Assembly (NCBI GenBank): GCA_964357395.1
Contig: CAYHLC010000003.1
Span: 14,080-78,079 of the forward strand
DNA length: 64,000 bases
From: an uncultured Candidatus Saccharibacteria bacterium
Lineage (GTDB): Bacteria; Patescibacteriota; Minisyncoccia; Phycocordibacterales; Phycocordibacteraceae
Direction: 5' to 3'
Part shown: one piece after another, positions 36,573 through 46,139 of the stretch
Numbering within the stretch: position 1 is the stretch's first letter
How the letters are laid out: every line of letters begins with the position of its first letter
Position numbers and translations under genes: made by a program
Notes under the pieces: generated by a model
What the model saw: only the letters and a program-made list of their open reading frames with translations
The model's database searches: none
Told to the model about the DNA's origin: nothing

Positions 36573-37445
36573 GTGTTCGACATAGTTCCGCAGCTCATAG
36601 CAAACTCGGTGATCGCGGGGTCTATCTACGCCCTGGTGGCGATGAGCTTCTCCCTCATCTATGGCGCGACCAAGTTCTTCAACCTCGCGCACGGCGTACT
36701 CGCTGCTATCGGCGGCTACACCGTCTTCTATTTGGGGCGTAAGCTCGGCCTCCCGCTCGAGGTGGTGCTGCCTGCCGGTATCATCCTTGCCGCATTCGTC
36801 GGCTGGGCGCTCGAGTACTTCCTCTACCGGCCACTACGTGCGCGCAAGGCATCATCGATGGTGCTCCTTGTTGCGTCGCTCGGCGCCTTTACTGCTATCC
36901 AGGCGGTCATCGCTATACTCTTTACCTCACAATTCCAGACGCTCGGCGCGCTCATCCCGAACTCGGGCGTGGTGCACATCGGCGAGGCAGTAATGACCGA
37001 GGTGCAGGTAGTCATACTCGCGCTGTCGGTCGCGATACTCGTGGGGCTCATGCTCGCACTCAAGTTCACCAAGTTTGGCCGCGCGGTCCGCGCAGTCTCT
37101 GATGACGAGGAGGTAGCCAAGATCGTAGGCATCAACACCAGTCGGATAGTCGGGTGGGTATTCGTTGTCGGCTCGGCTATTGCTGGCGCTGCAGGCATCC
37201 TTGTTGGGTTCGATACCGGTCTCGAGCCAACCATGGGCCTCGCGCTACTCCTGAAGGGCGTTATCGCCGCTATCGTTGGCGGCGTCGGCTCTATCTCAGG
37301 CGCATTCCTCGGCGCATTCCTCCTCGGCTTTGCAGAGAACTTTGGTATCTGGCACATCAGCGGCGAGTGGAAGGACGCCATCGCCTTCGGCATACTCATC
37401 CTCTTCCTCCTCTTCCGCCCGCAAGGGATATTGGGCAGAAAGTAG
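36573..37445 (+). CDS. livH: Branched-chain amino acid ABC permease, LivH type
   Basis: GSIYALVAMSFSLIYG..FFNLAHG, TKFGRAVRAVSDD. Confidence 0.9.
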   Translation: MFDIVPQLIANSVIAGSIYALVAMSFSLIYGATKFFNLAHGVLAAIGGYTVFYLGRKLGLPLEVVLPAGIILAAFVGWALEYFLYRPLRARKASSMVLLVASLGAFTAIQAVIAILFTSQFQTLGALIPNSGVVHIGEAVMTEVQVVILALSVAILVGLMLALKFTKFGRAVRAVSDDEEVAKIVGINTSRIVGWVFVVGSAIAGAAGILVGFDTGLEPTMGLALLLKGVIAAIVGGVGSISGAFLGAFLLGFAENFGIWHISGEWKDAIAFGILILFLLFRPQGILGRK

Positions 37446-37452
37446 AAGTGGC

Positions 37453-37481
37453 TTGACGGCCGGAGGAGGGTCGATTATAAT
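37453..37481 (+). promoter_or_regulatory. Promoter of the TA operon
   Basis: TTGACG-N17-TATAAT. Confidence 0.65.
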
Positions 37482-37490
37482 GGGATTAGT

Positions 37491-37718
37491 ATGGCACAAA
37501 AAATCATCAAGGTAGGCACTTCGGCCGCGGTTACTCTCTCTAAGAGTGCGCTCCAGAAGCTCGGCTACAAAATAGGCGATTATGTCGAGATTACCGTCGA
37601 TGCGGGGAAGCGCGCGTTTGTTGGTCGCGCAGCGAGCGTCGTCGAGAACGATACAGTCGACTGGGCCCGCGGGTTTATGAAAAAGTACGACAAGGCACTC
37701 AAGGCGCTCGCGAAGTAG
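37491..37718 (+). CDS. AbrB/MazE-family antitoxin
   Basis: KIIKVGTSAAVTLSK..L..LG..GD.V; C-terminal KKYDKALKALAK. Confidence 0.85.
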   Translation: MAQKIIKVGTSAAVTLSKSALQKLGYKIGDYVEITVDAGKRAFVGRAASVVENDTVDWARGFMKKYDKALKALAK

Positions 37719-37719
37719 C

Positions 37720-38106
37720 ATGCGTTACCTGGCAGCAGAGGAAATACTAGTGCTCCACGCGCTCGTCATAGACGAGTACGGCGGGTCGCATGGTGTGCGT
37801 GAGACAGAGCTCTTGAAGTCTGCAGCTCACAAACCCCAAACAGCTTTTGGAGGGAAGGATCTGTACCCGGCTCTGTGGGACAAAGCGGCTGTTCTGTGCG
37901 AGGCGCTCGTAAACTATCACGTGTTTGTAGATGGCAACAAGCGTACCGCACTCATCGCAGCGGCCCGGTTCCTATTTTTGAATGGGTATGAGCTCACCGC
38001 AACTAATCTGCAGGCAGAGAGAGCTATCTACGACGTGGCAGAAAAAAAGGTAAACGCACCCAAGCTCGCTGCGTGGTTTAAGAAACATGCACGTAAGGTA
38101 AAATAG
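37720..38106 (+). CDS. doc: Doc/Fic-family toxin (death-on-curing)
   Basis: GGSHGVRE..LLKSA, KAA, HVFVDGNKRTA (Doc-type Lys), FLFLNG. Confidence 0.9.
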   Translation: MRYLAAEEILVLHALVIDEYGGSHGVRETELLKSAAHKPQTAFGGKDLYPALWDKAAVLCEALVNYHVFVDGNKRTALIAAARFLFLNGYELTATNLQAERAIYDVAEKKVNAPKLAAWFKKHARKVK

Positions 38107-38110
38107 GGCT

Positions 38111-38977
38111 GTGGAATACTTGGTTCACCTCGGCGTTCTGTTTTCGATCTTTGCGATACTCGCACTCTCGTTGCAGCTAGTGGTGGGGTATACGGGACTA
38201 CTATCCGTCACGCACGCCGCCTTCTACGGCATCGGTGCATATACTGCGGCGCTCCTGATCACCAACCACGGAGTCAATTTCTTCGTTGCTATTGTTGCTG
38301 CCGTACTGCTAACTGCCTTCTGCTCACTTCTTATAGGCCTGGTGCTTTCGAAGTTCCGTGGCGACTACTACGCCCTCGGCTCGCTCGGGTTTAACGTCAT
38401 CGTCTTCAGCATCTTCCTTAATTGGCAGTCGCTCACCCGCGGCCCACTCGGCATTCCGGGTATCGATAGGCCGGACATACTCGGCTTCCAGTTTTCAGAG
38501 AACATCGTGTTTCTCGCACTAGCACTCGTGTTCCTCGTACTCTGCTACGGACTATCCAAGTGGGTTACCGACTCATCGTTCGGCCGCGTACTGAAGGCGA
38601 TACGTGAGGACGAGGAGGCCGTCTCGGTGTTCGGATACCACACGCTCCTCTTTAAGCTCGCCATCTTCGTCTTCTCCGCCGGCATTGCCGCTATCGCGGG
38701 TGCGCTGTACGCCTCGTACATCACCTTTATCGACCCATCCTCGTTCACCATCAACGAGTCTATCTTTATGCTCGCCATCATTATCCTCGGGGGCCTGGGC
38801 TCCCTCCGCGGCGCAGTCATCGGCGCCTTGGTGCTCATCCTCCTCCCCGAGGCACTCCGCTTTGTTGGCTTCCCATCAGACATCGCAGCCCAGATGCGCC
38901 AAGTAATTTATGGTCTTATCCTCGTCGGCCTTATGCTGTACCGCCCGCAAGGCTTAGTAGGTGAGTACAAACTCTAA
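38111..38977 (+). CDS. livM: Branched-chain amino acid ABC permease, LivM type
   Basis: GYTGLLSVTHAAFYGIGAY, RGDYYAL, LTRGPLG, SSFGRVLKAIREDE. Confidence 0.9.
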   Translation: MEYLVHLGVLFSIFAILALSLQLVVGYTGLLSVTHAAFYGIGAYTAALLITNHGVNFFVAIVAAVLLTAFCSLLIGLVLSKFRGDYYALGSLGFNVIVFSIFLNWQSLTRGPLGIPGIDRPDILGFQFSENIVFLALALVFLVLCYGLSKWVTDSSFGRVLKAIREDEEAVSVFGYHTLLFKLAIFVFSAGIAAIAGALYASYITFIDPSSFTINESIFMLAIIILGGLGSLRGAVIGALVLILLPEALRFVGFPSDIAAQMRQVIYGLILVGLMLYRPQGLVGEYKL

Positions 38978-39753
38978 TCGTCTTTGACGATCAGGGTAGA
39001 GGACTTCCACACCATCTCGAACTGGGCACGGAGGAAGTCGGTGAAGTCGCGACTACGGATCACAAACCCATACGCCTCGCGCTTGGATGAGATGAACGCG
39101 GCAGTGTTACCTGCCAACCAGTAGCCCATGGGGAGTGTACCCAGCTCCTTTGGAGCCATACGCACCTCGCGTATCGAGTCTGGCCCATCGAGGCGATTAT
39201 ACTTCTTGTTCAACTCATCCAGCTTGTCAGTGTAGGCCCATATGCCTCGGGCCTGCACCTTGTTCCGCACGCGTTTCTCATTAATCTCGTTCATCTCCTC
39301 GCTCCCCAAGAGTCCAACGACATCCTCGATAGACCAAAAAACGATACTTTCGCTCTCTCCCGAGTACACAATCTGGTTCAGTGCCTGACGCACGCCCTCT
39401 TTGCCTGAGTAGAACTTGAACTTGGGGTCAATGGACTCGACGTTGGTCATGAGAGATGGCAGCGCTGCTGCAACCTTGGCACGTTCCTCCGCCAGTGCAG
39501 CAACCTTATCGTCCAAGAGGCGAGTTATCTGCTGTGGATCGTCCACTTGGTACAGGTTCTTCGCCTCATGGAACTGCTCTATTACTAGACCCTTGTTTAT
39601 CAGGGCCTTCAGGTAGTCATAGGTAGTAGGGCGGTTGATGCCCAGGCGCTCGGCCAACTGCTTGGCGGACGAGGCCCCATGCTCAAGAAGAGAGGTATAC
39701 ACCGCCAAGTGGTTGTCATTAAGGCCCAGTTCCGCGAAGGCTTTCTGAAGCAT
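38974..39753 (-). CDS. TrmB-family transcriptional regulator #4
   Basis: LGLNDNHLAVYTSLL...GINRPTTYDYLKALINKGLV; FYSGKEGV; AFISSKREAYGFVIRS. Confidence 0.9.
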   Translation of the reverse strand: MLQKAFAELGLNDNHLAVYTSLLEHGASSAKQLAERLGINRPTTYDYLKALINKGLVIEQFHEAKNLYQVDDPQQITRLLDDKVAALAEERAKVAAALPSLMTNVESIDPKFKFYSGKEGVRQALNQIVYSGESESIVFWSIEDVVGLLGSEEMNEINEKRVRNKVQARGIWAYTDKLDELNKKYNRLDGPDSIREVRMAPKELGTLPMGYWLAGNTAAFISSKREAYGFVIRSRDFTDFLRAQFEMVWKSSTLIVKDD

Positions 39754-39775
39754 GGCTCTAAGTATAGCTCATAAG

Positions 39776-39826
39776 TTGTCGAAGTATCGACGATAGAATG
39801 ACAATACAATGATACAGGTGTAAAGT
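39776..39826. promoter_or_regulatory. Candidate operator and promoter of SBP #3
   Basis: TTGTCGA-agta-TCGACGA (39776-93); ATGACA-N17-TAAAGT-N7-ATG. Confidence 0.5.
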
Positions 39827-39833
39827 CAAGCAT

Positions 39834-40967
39834 ATGAAAAGCACATATGTACTTGGCGCCCTAGGCCTACTTCTGGTTGTAGGAGCCTTGCTTATAGGAG
39901 ATAAGGTGGGGACCGTAGCTGGAGTGGCTACAGGCGAGCCGATTAAGGTTGGAGTCTCGACCATCCTCACTGGCGACTTTGCCGCACTCGGCGAGAACAT
40001 AGTTAACACTGCAGAGCTTGCAGTCGATGAGGTGAACGCAAATGGTGGTATCAATGGCCGCCCGCTCGAGCTCTACGTGCAGGACGCGGGCCTCGATAGC
40101 AAGACAGGGCTCTCGGCCGCGCAGAAGTTGGTGAACGTGGACGGCGTCCACTACATCATTGGCGGCACGTCGAGCAACGGCACACTTGCAGCTGCACCAC
40201 TCGTCAACGAGAAGAAAGTGATCTACATGACCCCCGTTACTGGCGGCAAGAATGTTGATGAGGCAGGTGAGTATGTGTTCCGTGTAGCGAACGGCGACAT
40301 GCTCGCTGGTCGCGACCTAGCAAACGCAGCAATGGAACTAGGATTCAAGAAGGTGGCACTCGTGACTGAGGTAACTGAATACACGATCGATATACAAAAG
40401 AGCTTCGCGGCTACCTACAAGGGAGAGTTGGCAGTCAACGAGGAGTTCCAGCCTGGCACTACCGACTTCCGCGCACTCGTTGCAAAGACTAAGGCGGCCA
40501 CACCCGACGTTATTGTTGTTCTGTCGCAAACAGGAATCGCAGGCGCGCACTTTATCAAGCAGTCTCAGGATGCTGGTCTCGGCGTTCCAGTCTTTACCGA
40601 CTTTACCTTTGTTGCGAACACCGCAGCGCGCGACATTGTAGGCTCGTTTGAGGGAGTGTACTTTACTGACCCTGCGTTCGCTGCTGACGGCGCCGCAACC
40701 AAAGAAATGTTTGCGCGCTACGAGGAGCGCTTTGGTAGCCAGCCGTTTATTGGCTTCCACGCTGCATCGACCTATGACTCAGTCATGATGCTCGCGGATG
40801 CGCTCCGTGAGGTCGGCGACGATAGCGAGGCGGTACACGACTGGCTGCTAGGCGTGGAGGATCGCAAAGGGCTTATGGGCACCTTCTCTCTCGATGCGAA
40901 TGGAAACTCTGATCTCGGCTTTATCTTCAAGCAGGTCAGAGACGGAAAGTTTGTTACAGTGGAGTAG
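39834..40967 (+). CDS. LivJ/LivK-like ABC substrate-binding protein #3
   Basis: PIKVGVSTILTG, EVNANGGINGRPLEL, YVFRV, TYDSV, LDANGN. Confidence 0.9.
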   Translation: MKSTYVLGALGLLLVVGALLIGDKVGTVAGVATGEPIKVGVSTILTGDFAALGENIVNTAELAVDEVNANGGINGRPLELYVQDAGLDSKTGLSAAQKLVNVDGVHYIIGGTSSNGTLAAAPLVNEKKVIYMTPVTGGKNVDEAGEYVFRVANGDMLAGRDLANAAMELGFKKVALVTEVTEYTIDIQKSFAATYKGELAVNEEFQPGTTDFRALVAKTKAATPDVIVVLSQTGIAGAHFIKQSQDAGLGVPVFTDFTFVANTAARDIVGSFEGVYFTDPAFAADGAATKEMFARYEERFGSQPFIGFHAASTYDSVMMLADALREVGDDSEAVHDWLLGVEDRKGLMGTFSLDANGNSDLGFIFKQVRDGKFVTVE

Positions 40968-41704
40968 TGAACAGCGCACTCGAGACCAAGGGATTAGTTA
41001 AGACGTTCGGTGGGGTGCACGCTGTCGACCATCTATCGATACAGATTAAGAAGGGAGACATCACCGGCATCATCGGACCGAACGGCAGCGGCAAGACGAC
41101 ACTGACCAACGTACTTACAGGCGTGTTGCAGACAGATGGCGGAGCAATAGTTGTTGGTGGCGAGGCGGAGCGTGGACGATTGCGGAGCTACCAAGTCCGC
41201 GATCTAGGAATCACTCGCACATTCCAAAACGTAAGGCTCTTCGAGCAGGTGCCAGTCATTGATAACGTCCTGGTCGCGCTCACCAAGCGCACCGTCCTAG
41301 GCTCCTTGTTCCAAACCCACACCAAGTTCCACGAGGAGCGTGCGAAGGAGGTGCTGGAGCGAGTCGGATTGTGGGACAAAAGAAATGCGTTAGCAAAGGA
41401 GTTGTCGTACGGGCAGCGGAAGTTGTTGGAGATCGCACGCGCGCTCGCAACGGATGCGGATATCATACTGTTCGACGAACCGTTCGCTGGGCTATTCCCA
41501 GAGATGGTTAAGACGGTGAGTGGGATACTCAAGGAATTACGCGCAGGCGATAAGACAGTGATACTCATCGAGCACGATATGGCGCTCATACGCGAGCTCT
41601 GCGATCGAGTCATTGTGCTGGAGGCCGGCAAGCTCCTTGCCGAGGGCAAGCCGGAAGAAGTGCTGAAAGATCCAAAGGTTATCGAAGCCTACCTCGGCGC
41701 CTAG
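40967..41704 (+). CDS. livG: BCAA ABC transporter ATPase, LivG type
   Basis: FGGVHAVD, GPNGSGKT, RTFQNVRLF, LSYGQRKLLEIARAL, DEPFAGL, IEHDM, VIEAYLG. Confidence 0.92.
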   Translation: MNSALETKGLVKTFGGVHAVDHLSIQIKKGDITGIIGPNGSGKTTLTNVLTGVLQTDGGAIVVGGEAERGRLRSYQVRDLGITRTFQNVRLFEQVPVIDNVLVALTKRTVLGSLFQTHTKFHEERAKEVLERVGLWDKRNALAKELSYGQRKLLEIARALATDADIILFDEPFAGLFPEMVKTVSGILKELRAGDKTVILIEHDMALIRELCDRVIVLEAGKLLAEGKPEEVLKDPKVIEAYLGA

Positions 41705-41735
41705 ACACCGTCGACCCGCGTGGTACTTTGTGGGC

Positions 41736-42851
41736 ATGAATAAACTCTGGTGGACAGTTGGTGCCGTCGTCGTTATCGGACTCGCGTGGTGGGGCTACTC
41801 GGCAACGCAAACAATACCAGCAGAGACTGGACCCATTAAGATTGGGCTGATCTCGCCGATGACTGGCGAGGCAGCAACATTTGGTGACGCGTGGGCGGGA
41901 GGCGCAGAGCTCGCGGTTAAGGAGATAAACGCAGCGGGTGGCATCGACGGACGCCAGCTCGAGCTGGTGACCGAAGACGACCGCTGTGTTGCGCAGACCG
42001 GGCCATCTATCTTTAGCAAACTTATTGATATCGATAAGGTGGTGGCGATTGTTGGTCCACTCTGTTCTACATCGGCTGGCGCAGGTCTTCCGATTGCTGA
42101 AGAGGGTAGGATTCCAACCATCATTGGAGCGTCTGCTCCATCCTTGACGCACGATCGAGCTTTTGTGTTCCGCAACTATCCATCAGACTCTTCGCAGGCA
42201 ATCTATGCTGCGCACTATCTCAATGAGACGCTAGGCAAGAAGTCCGTTGCAGTCGTGTACGTCAATAACGATTGGGGTATCGAACTCAATCGAGTGTTTG
42301 TTGATGAGTTTAAAAAGCTCGGTGGTGAGATTCTGGTTGATGAGGGGACTCCTCAAGATGTAACCGATATGCGAACAGTGATAGCCAAGGTTCGGGGCTC
42401 TGTGCCGGATGCGGTGTATCTCGCGCTCTACCCACAAGGCGGAGTTGTTGCACTGAAAGCCATACGCCAGGTTGATCTGAATGTCCCGCTCATCGGAACT
42501 GATCTCTTTAGCACTGGCGAGATCTTTGATGTTGCTGATGCGGAGGGAGTACTCTTTACCATCCCGAACACGAATGCACGTGACGAGTTTGTCGGTCGAG
42601 TTAAGAGCGAGACAGGTAGAGAGGGTAACGAGGTGTCGGGCTTTGCGTATGATGCGGTCAGGATCCTTGCTGCGGCATTTGCCGAGGTAGGTACTGAGGC
42701 AGAAGCAGTGAGGGCATACCTAGAGGACCTGAACTTTACTGACTCGGTAGCACTCCCATCTGTCACATTTGACGCTGAGGGCGACCTTGAGTCCGACGCT
42801 TCGTGGACAATGCGGGTAGTCAAGGACGGTGCTCCGGTTGACGTACAATAG
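41736..42851 (+). CDS. LivJ/LivK-like ABC substrate-binding protein #4
   Basis: PIKIGLISPMTG, EINAAGGIDG, EDDRC..GPLCS, FRNYPSD, AYDAV. Confidence 0.9.
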   Translation: MNKLWWTVGAVVVIGLAWWGYSATQTIPAETGPIKIGLISPMTGEAATFGDAWAGGAELAVKEINAAGGIDGRQLELVTEDDRCVAQTGPSIFSKLIDIDKVVAIVGPLCSTSAGAGLPIAEEGRIPTIIGASAPSLTHDRAFVFRNYPSDSSQAIYAAHYLNETLGKKSVAVVYVNNDWGIELNRVFVDEFKKLGGEILVDEGTPQDVTDMRTVIAKVRGSVPDAVYLALYPQGGVVALKAIRQVDLNVPLIGTDLFSTGEIFDVADAEGVLFTIPNTNARDEFVGRVKSETGREGNEVSGFAYDAVRILAAAFAEVGTEAEAVRAYLEDLNFTDSVALPSVTFDAEGDLESDASWTMRVVKDGAPVDVQ

Positions 42852-42855
42852 GTAC

Positions 42856-43587
42856 GTGACTACTGAAACACTGCTGGAACTGAAGGACGTATGGGTGCAA
42901 TACGGTGGGGTGCACGCGCTCACCAGCGTTGATATCAAGCTCGACGAGGGCGAGGTGGTGGCGCTTATGGGACCGAACGGAGCGGGCAAGTCGACAGTAC
43001 TGAAGGCAATATTTGGATTGGCGCCCGTGCACTCGGGCACAACCTTGTGGCAAGGACAGGCATACACGCCGGTCAGCCACGAGGTGGTGGCGCGCGGAGT
43101 CAGCTTCGTCCCGCAAGGCCGACGCGTGTTTACAGATTTAACAGTGGAGGAGAACCTGGAGGTCGGCGGCTACACCAATACGAACGTAGCGCTCACCAAG
43201 GAGCGCATCAAAGATTTGTTCGACTTGTTCCCGGCGCTCAAAGCTAAGAGGCGAGCGAAGAGCGGTACGCTATCCGGCGGACAGCAGCAGATGCTCGCGA
43301 TCGCGCGCGGGATGATGACTGATCCAAAAGTACTACTCCTCGACGAGCCTTCCTTGGGTCTCGCACCAAAGGTGGTCAAGGAGGTGTTCGAGTTTATCAA
43401 GGAGATAAATGAGAAGCTGAAGATCGCCGTCATGGTGGTGGAGCACAACATCAAGTCCCTACTCGATATTGCAAGCAGAGGCTACATATTAGACAAAGGC
43501 AGGGTGGTCGTCAGTGGCTCCCCGCACGAGCTCATCTCCAAAGGCACGCTGGAAAAGGTATTCACCGGCCAGACACTCCATGGCTAA
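42856..43587 (+). CDS. livF: BCAA ABC transporter ATPase, LivF type
   Basis: GPNGAGKS, VPQGRRVF..LTVEENL, LSGGQQQMLA, DEPSLGLAP; GTG start after TACAAT-N6. Confidence 0.92.
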   Translation: MTTETLLELKDVWVQYGGVHALTSVDIKLDEGEVVALMGPNGAGKSTVLKAIFGLAPVHSGTTLWQGQAYTPVSHEVVARGVSFVPQGRRVFTDLTVEENLEVGGYTNTNVALTKERIKDLFDLFPALKAKRRAKSGTLSGGQQQMLAIARGMMTDPKVLLLDEPSLGLAPKVVKEVFEFIKEINEKLKIAVMVVEHNIKSLLDIASRGYILDKGRVVVSGSPHELISKGTLEKVFTGQTLHG

Positions 43588-44071
43588 CTATCATATCGGG
43601 GGACTGTCAGGAACGGGGAAGACGACTTTGTGCAAGGAGTTTGAGCGGCGTGGATACTGCGCTATCGAGGCTGATGAGCACTTGGCAGCGTTCATAGATC
43701 CAGCTACTGGAGAGGAAACAACTGATAAGTCGACACTTAACTGGATGTGGGTCAAAAGTAAGGTTGAAGAGCTACTTGGTGGCGCGTCAGACCAGCCTAC
43801 ATTTGTGTGTGGCGGGTCGATGAACCAGCTCGATTTCAAGCACCATTTCAAAAAGATGTTTACGCTGTACCTCGATGATGAGACACTGCGCCACAGGATC
43901 ATGACGCGTACCAACAATGATGCGGGCAAGGACCCAGCGGGACTTGCGCTACAACTCGAGTGGAACAAGGGCACGTTCGAGTACGCCAAGGAGAAGGGCA
44001 CCATCCTCATCGACGCGTCTCAGCCGATTGGAGCTGTAGCTGATGAAATCCTAAAGCACGCCGAGGAGTAG
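43580..44071 (+). CDS. Small P-loop kinase (nucleoside/shikimate-kinase-like)
   Basis: GLSGTGKTT, lid R.RI.TRTNN, IDASQP. Confidence 0.75.
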   Translation: MANYHIGGLSGTGKTTLCKEFERRGYCAIEADEHLAAFIDPATGEETTDKSTLNWMWVKSKVEELLGGASDQPTFVCGGSMNQLDFKHHFKKMFTLYLDDETLRHRIMTRTNNDAGKDPAGLALQLEWNKGTFEYAKEKGTILIDASQPIGAVADEILKHAEE

Positions 44072-44082
44072 TCTTTCAGAAA

Positions 44083-45159
44083 CTATTTAGCATCCACGAA
44101 CTTGCCATCGACAAACTGGTGGAGCACGACCTGCGCGCTGCGCGTGCCAGCAGCGTTGAAGGATACATCGGCCGAGGCGCCTGCGATGGAGTAGTCATCA
44201 TTTAGCTCCGCCACCCACTCTGACTTATCGATACTCGCAAGGTCGGCAATGATAGCAACTGCATCATACGCATAGTCGGCAGTGAGGAATGGGTCAGCGT
44301 TGAACTTCGCCTTGAACCTACTCACGAAGTCGCCAGTCATGGTGTTTGGAAGCGTAGTCGAGATGCAGTCATCGAAGATCTCTGCGCCCACCTCGTCGAT
44401 GTACTGCTGGATAGAGAACTCGAGATTACCATCGCAAATCACTTGGACGCTTCCTGATGCGTCGAGGCGCTGCAGCTCCTTCAGATACTTAACCCCATCC
44501 TCCAAGGGGAGGAAGACGGTTGCAGCGTCGGGCTTTGCCGCCACAAGCTTCGCGACCTCGGTACGGAAGTCGGAGTCGGGTGCGAGCGCGACAGTGATAG
44601 TCTCCGCCTTGTCACCGACACCCTTCACAAAGTCATCGTGCCACTTCTGCCACAGCGACCCGCCGGCGCCATACACAACTGCTATCTTTTTGTATCGCTT
44701 CGCAGCCTCCTCGCCAAGCTTTGGTGCGATGAGGTCGCTCGCAGGCATGAGCTGGAACACGGTGTCGCTTTCGTGGAACAACGACTCGCCGAGCGTGAGC
44801 ATCAGCATCTGATCTTTAGCAACAACCGGGCGCAGTACCTCGATGACAGGTGCGCTAACGGTCACCACTGCGTCGACATTGTCTACACTCTTTAGCTTTT
44901 GATACGCGGTGAGTCCTGTCTTGGCCTCGTACTTGTCATCCTCGAATATCAGCCGCACCTCTTGCCCTTCGCCGAGCAAGTCCTCGGCAGCAAGCTGCAT
45001 GGCGTTCCTCTCTGACTCACCAAGGAAGGCGTACTGCCCCGAGAGTGGAGCGATAACGCCAATAGTAATAGGCCCAGCCGTAGCAGGGGAGTTAGTAAGT
45101 GCGTACACGCCGAGTGCGAGAGCCGCGAGGAGCGCCGCACCTATTGTTAGGTTCTTCAT
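44083..45159 (-). CDS. LivJ/LivK-like ABC substrate-binding protein #5 (divergent)
   Basis: PITIGVIAPLSGQYAFLGE, EDDKY, DFRTEVAK, YAYDAV; TACAGT-N6-ATG. Confidence 0.88.
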   Translation of the reverse strand: MKNLTIGAALLAALALGVYALTNSPATAGPITIGVIAPLSGQYAFLGESERNAMQLAAEDLLGEGQEVRLIFEDDKYEAKTGLTAYQKLKSVDNVDAVVTVSAPVIEVLRPVVAKDQMLMLTLGESLFHESDTVFQLMPASDLIAPKLGEEAAKRYKKIAVVYGAGGSLWQKWHDDFVKGVGDKAETITVALAPDSDFRTEVAKLVAAKPDAATVFLPLEDGVKYLKELQRLDASGSVQVICDGNLEFSIQQYIDEVGAEIFDDCISTTLPNTMTGDFVSRFKAKFNADPFLTADYAYDAVAIIADLASIDKSEWVAELNDDYSIAGASADVSFNAAGTRSAQVVLHQFVDGKFVDAK

Positions 45160-45241
45160 CTCACAACTGTACGCGCGCAGGCCACAACGAGCACCAAATT
45201 CCACCCATCGCCACCCCGCCGCTACACTGAGCCACACCCTC

Positions 45242-45276
45242 CGGATACAATGTCGCAAAACGCGACATTGTATCCG
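45242..45276. promoter_or_regulatory. Perfect 15-bp inverted repeat between divergent SBP #5 and TrmB #5 (candidate operator)
   Basis: CGGATACAATGTCGC-aaaac-GCGACATTGTATCCG. Confidence 0.65.
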
Positions 45277-45326
45277 CTCTAGCGTATTGTTAGGGGTATG
45301 GCGATAAGGGGCTGCCAGGCAGAGGT

Positions 45327-46139
45327 ATGAAAGATGTAACCAAGCGAGCGCGGGTATTGGGGCTCTCGGAGCTCGAGTCGGCACTCATCGACACACTGAC
45401 TACCGAGCCGGTGGGCATTGCGCGATTGGCACGCGCACTCGGCCGGACGCACACCTCGCTCTATCGACCCTTGCAGGCACTGAAGCGCCGAGGGCTTGCG
45501 GAGGACAAGCTCTACTCGAACGGCACAAGGTGGTGGAAGGTGCCACAGGAGTCACTCGTCGCATCGCTCGGCTCGGTACTATTCAGCGGCATCGCATCAA
45601 ACGCAGCAAATGCGGGAGGTAAGGCGCTGCACCCCGAGTTCTTCCTCCACAGCGGTCGCGACGCGCTCGTTAAGATCTATTTTGATATTGCAGAGCAGAA
45701 GAACATTCGATTTGCTGGAATCCAGCCTAACAAGTCGATCGCTGCGGTGCTGGATGCGGTAACCCCAGAGGAGATACTCCACGTAAACACCAAGATAAGA
45801 GAAAACGGGATTATTGTTGAGGCGATACTGCAGGAAGATGTTGTTGCGTTTTATGCAGCGGAATTAAAGCGCCGTCGCTGGCCCGCAGATAAGATACTCA
45901 GCTCGTTCGGTGGTCGAGCTGCAGACACAACGTATGTGCCGAAGGAGTACATCAACTTCAGTTCCGAGATCCTCTTCCTCCCCAAGGTCGCTTACATACT
46001 GGACTGGGCCAACCTAACAGGTATCGAAATGCGTAGCGTAGAGGCGGTGGGCCTTATCCGCGACCTCTTTGCCCTCGCAAAAACGTTTGGCGCTAAGGTC
46101 GACCAAAACAAACTCATTCGGGAACGCCTCGCTACTTAA
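45327..46139 (+). CDS. TrmB-like transcriptional regulator #5 (divergent)
   Basis: LGLSELESAL...RLARALGRTHTSLYRPLQALKRRGL; HSGRDAL; GIEMRS...LF. Confidence 0.75.
   Translation: MKDVTKRARVLGLSELESALIDTLTTEPVGIARLARALGRTHTSLYRPLQALKRRGLAEDKLYSNGTRWWKVPQESLVASLGSVLFSGIASNAANAGGKALHPEFFLHSGRDALVKIYFDIAEQKNIRFAGIQPNKSIAAVLDAVTPEEILHVNTKIRENGIIVEAILQEDVVAFYAAELKRRRWPADKILSSFGGRAADTTYVPKEYINFSSEILFLPKVAYILDWANLTGIEMRSVEAVGLIRDLFALAKTFGAKVDQNKLIRERLAT

Noticed and set aside
45160-45384. N-terminal extension of SBP #5 to 433 aa
   Set aside because: Runs through the divergent promoter into TrmB #5; MKNLTIG at 45159 gives a normal anchor and has a -10 at 6 nt
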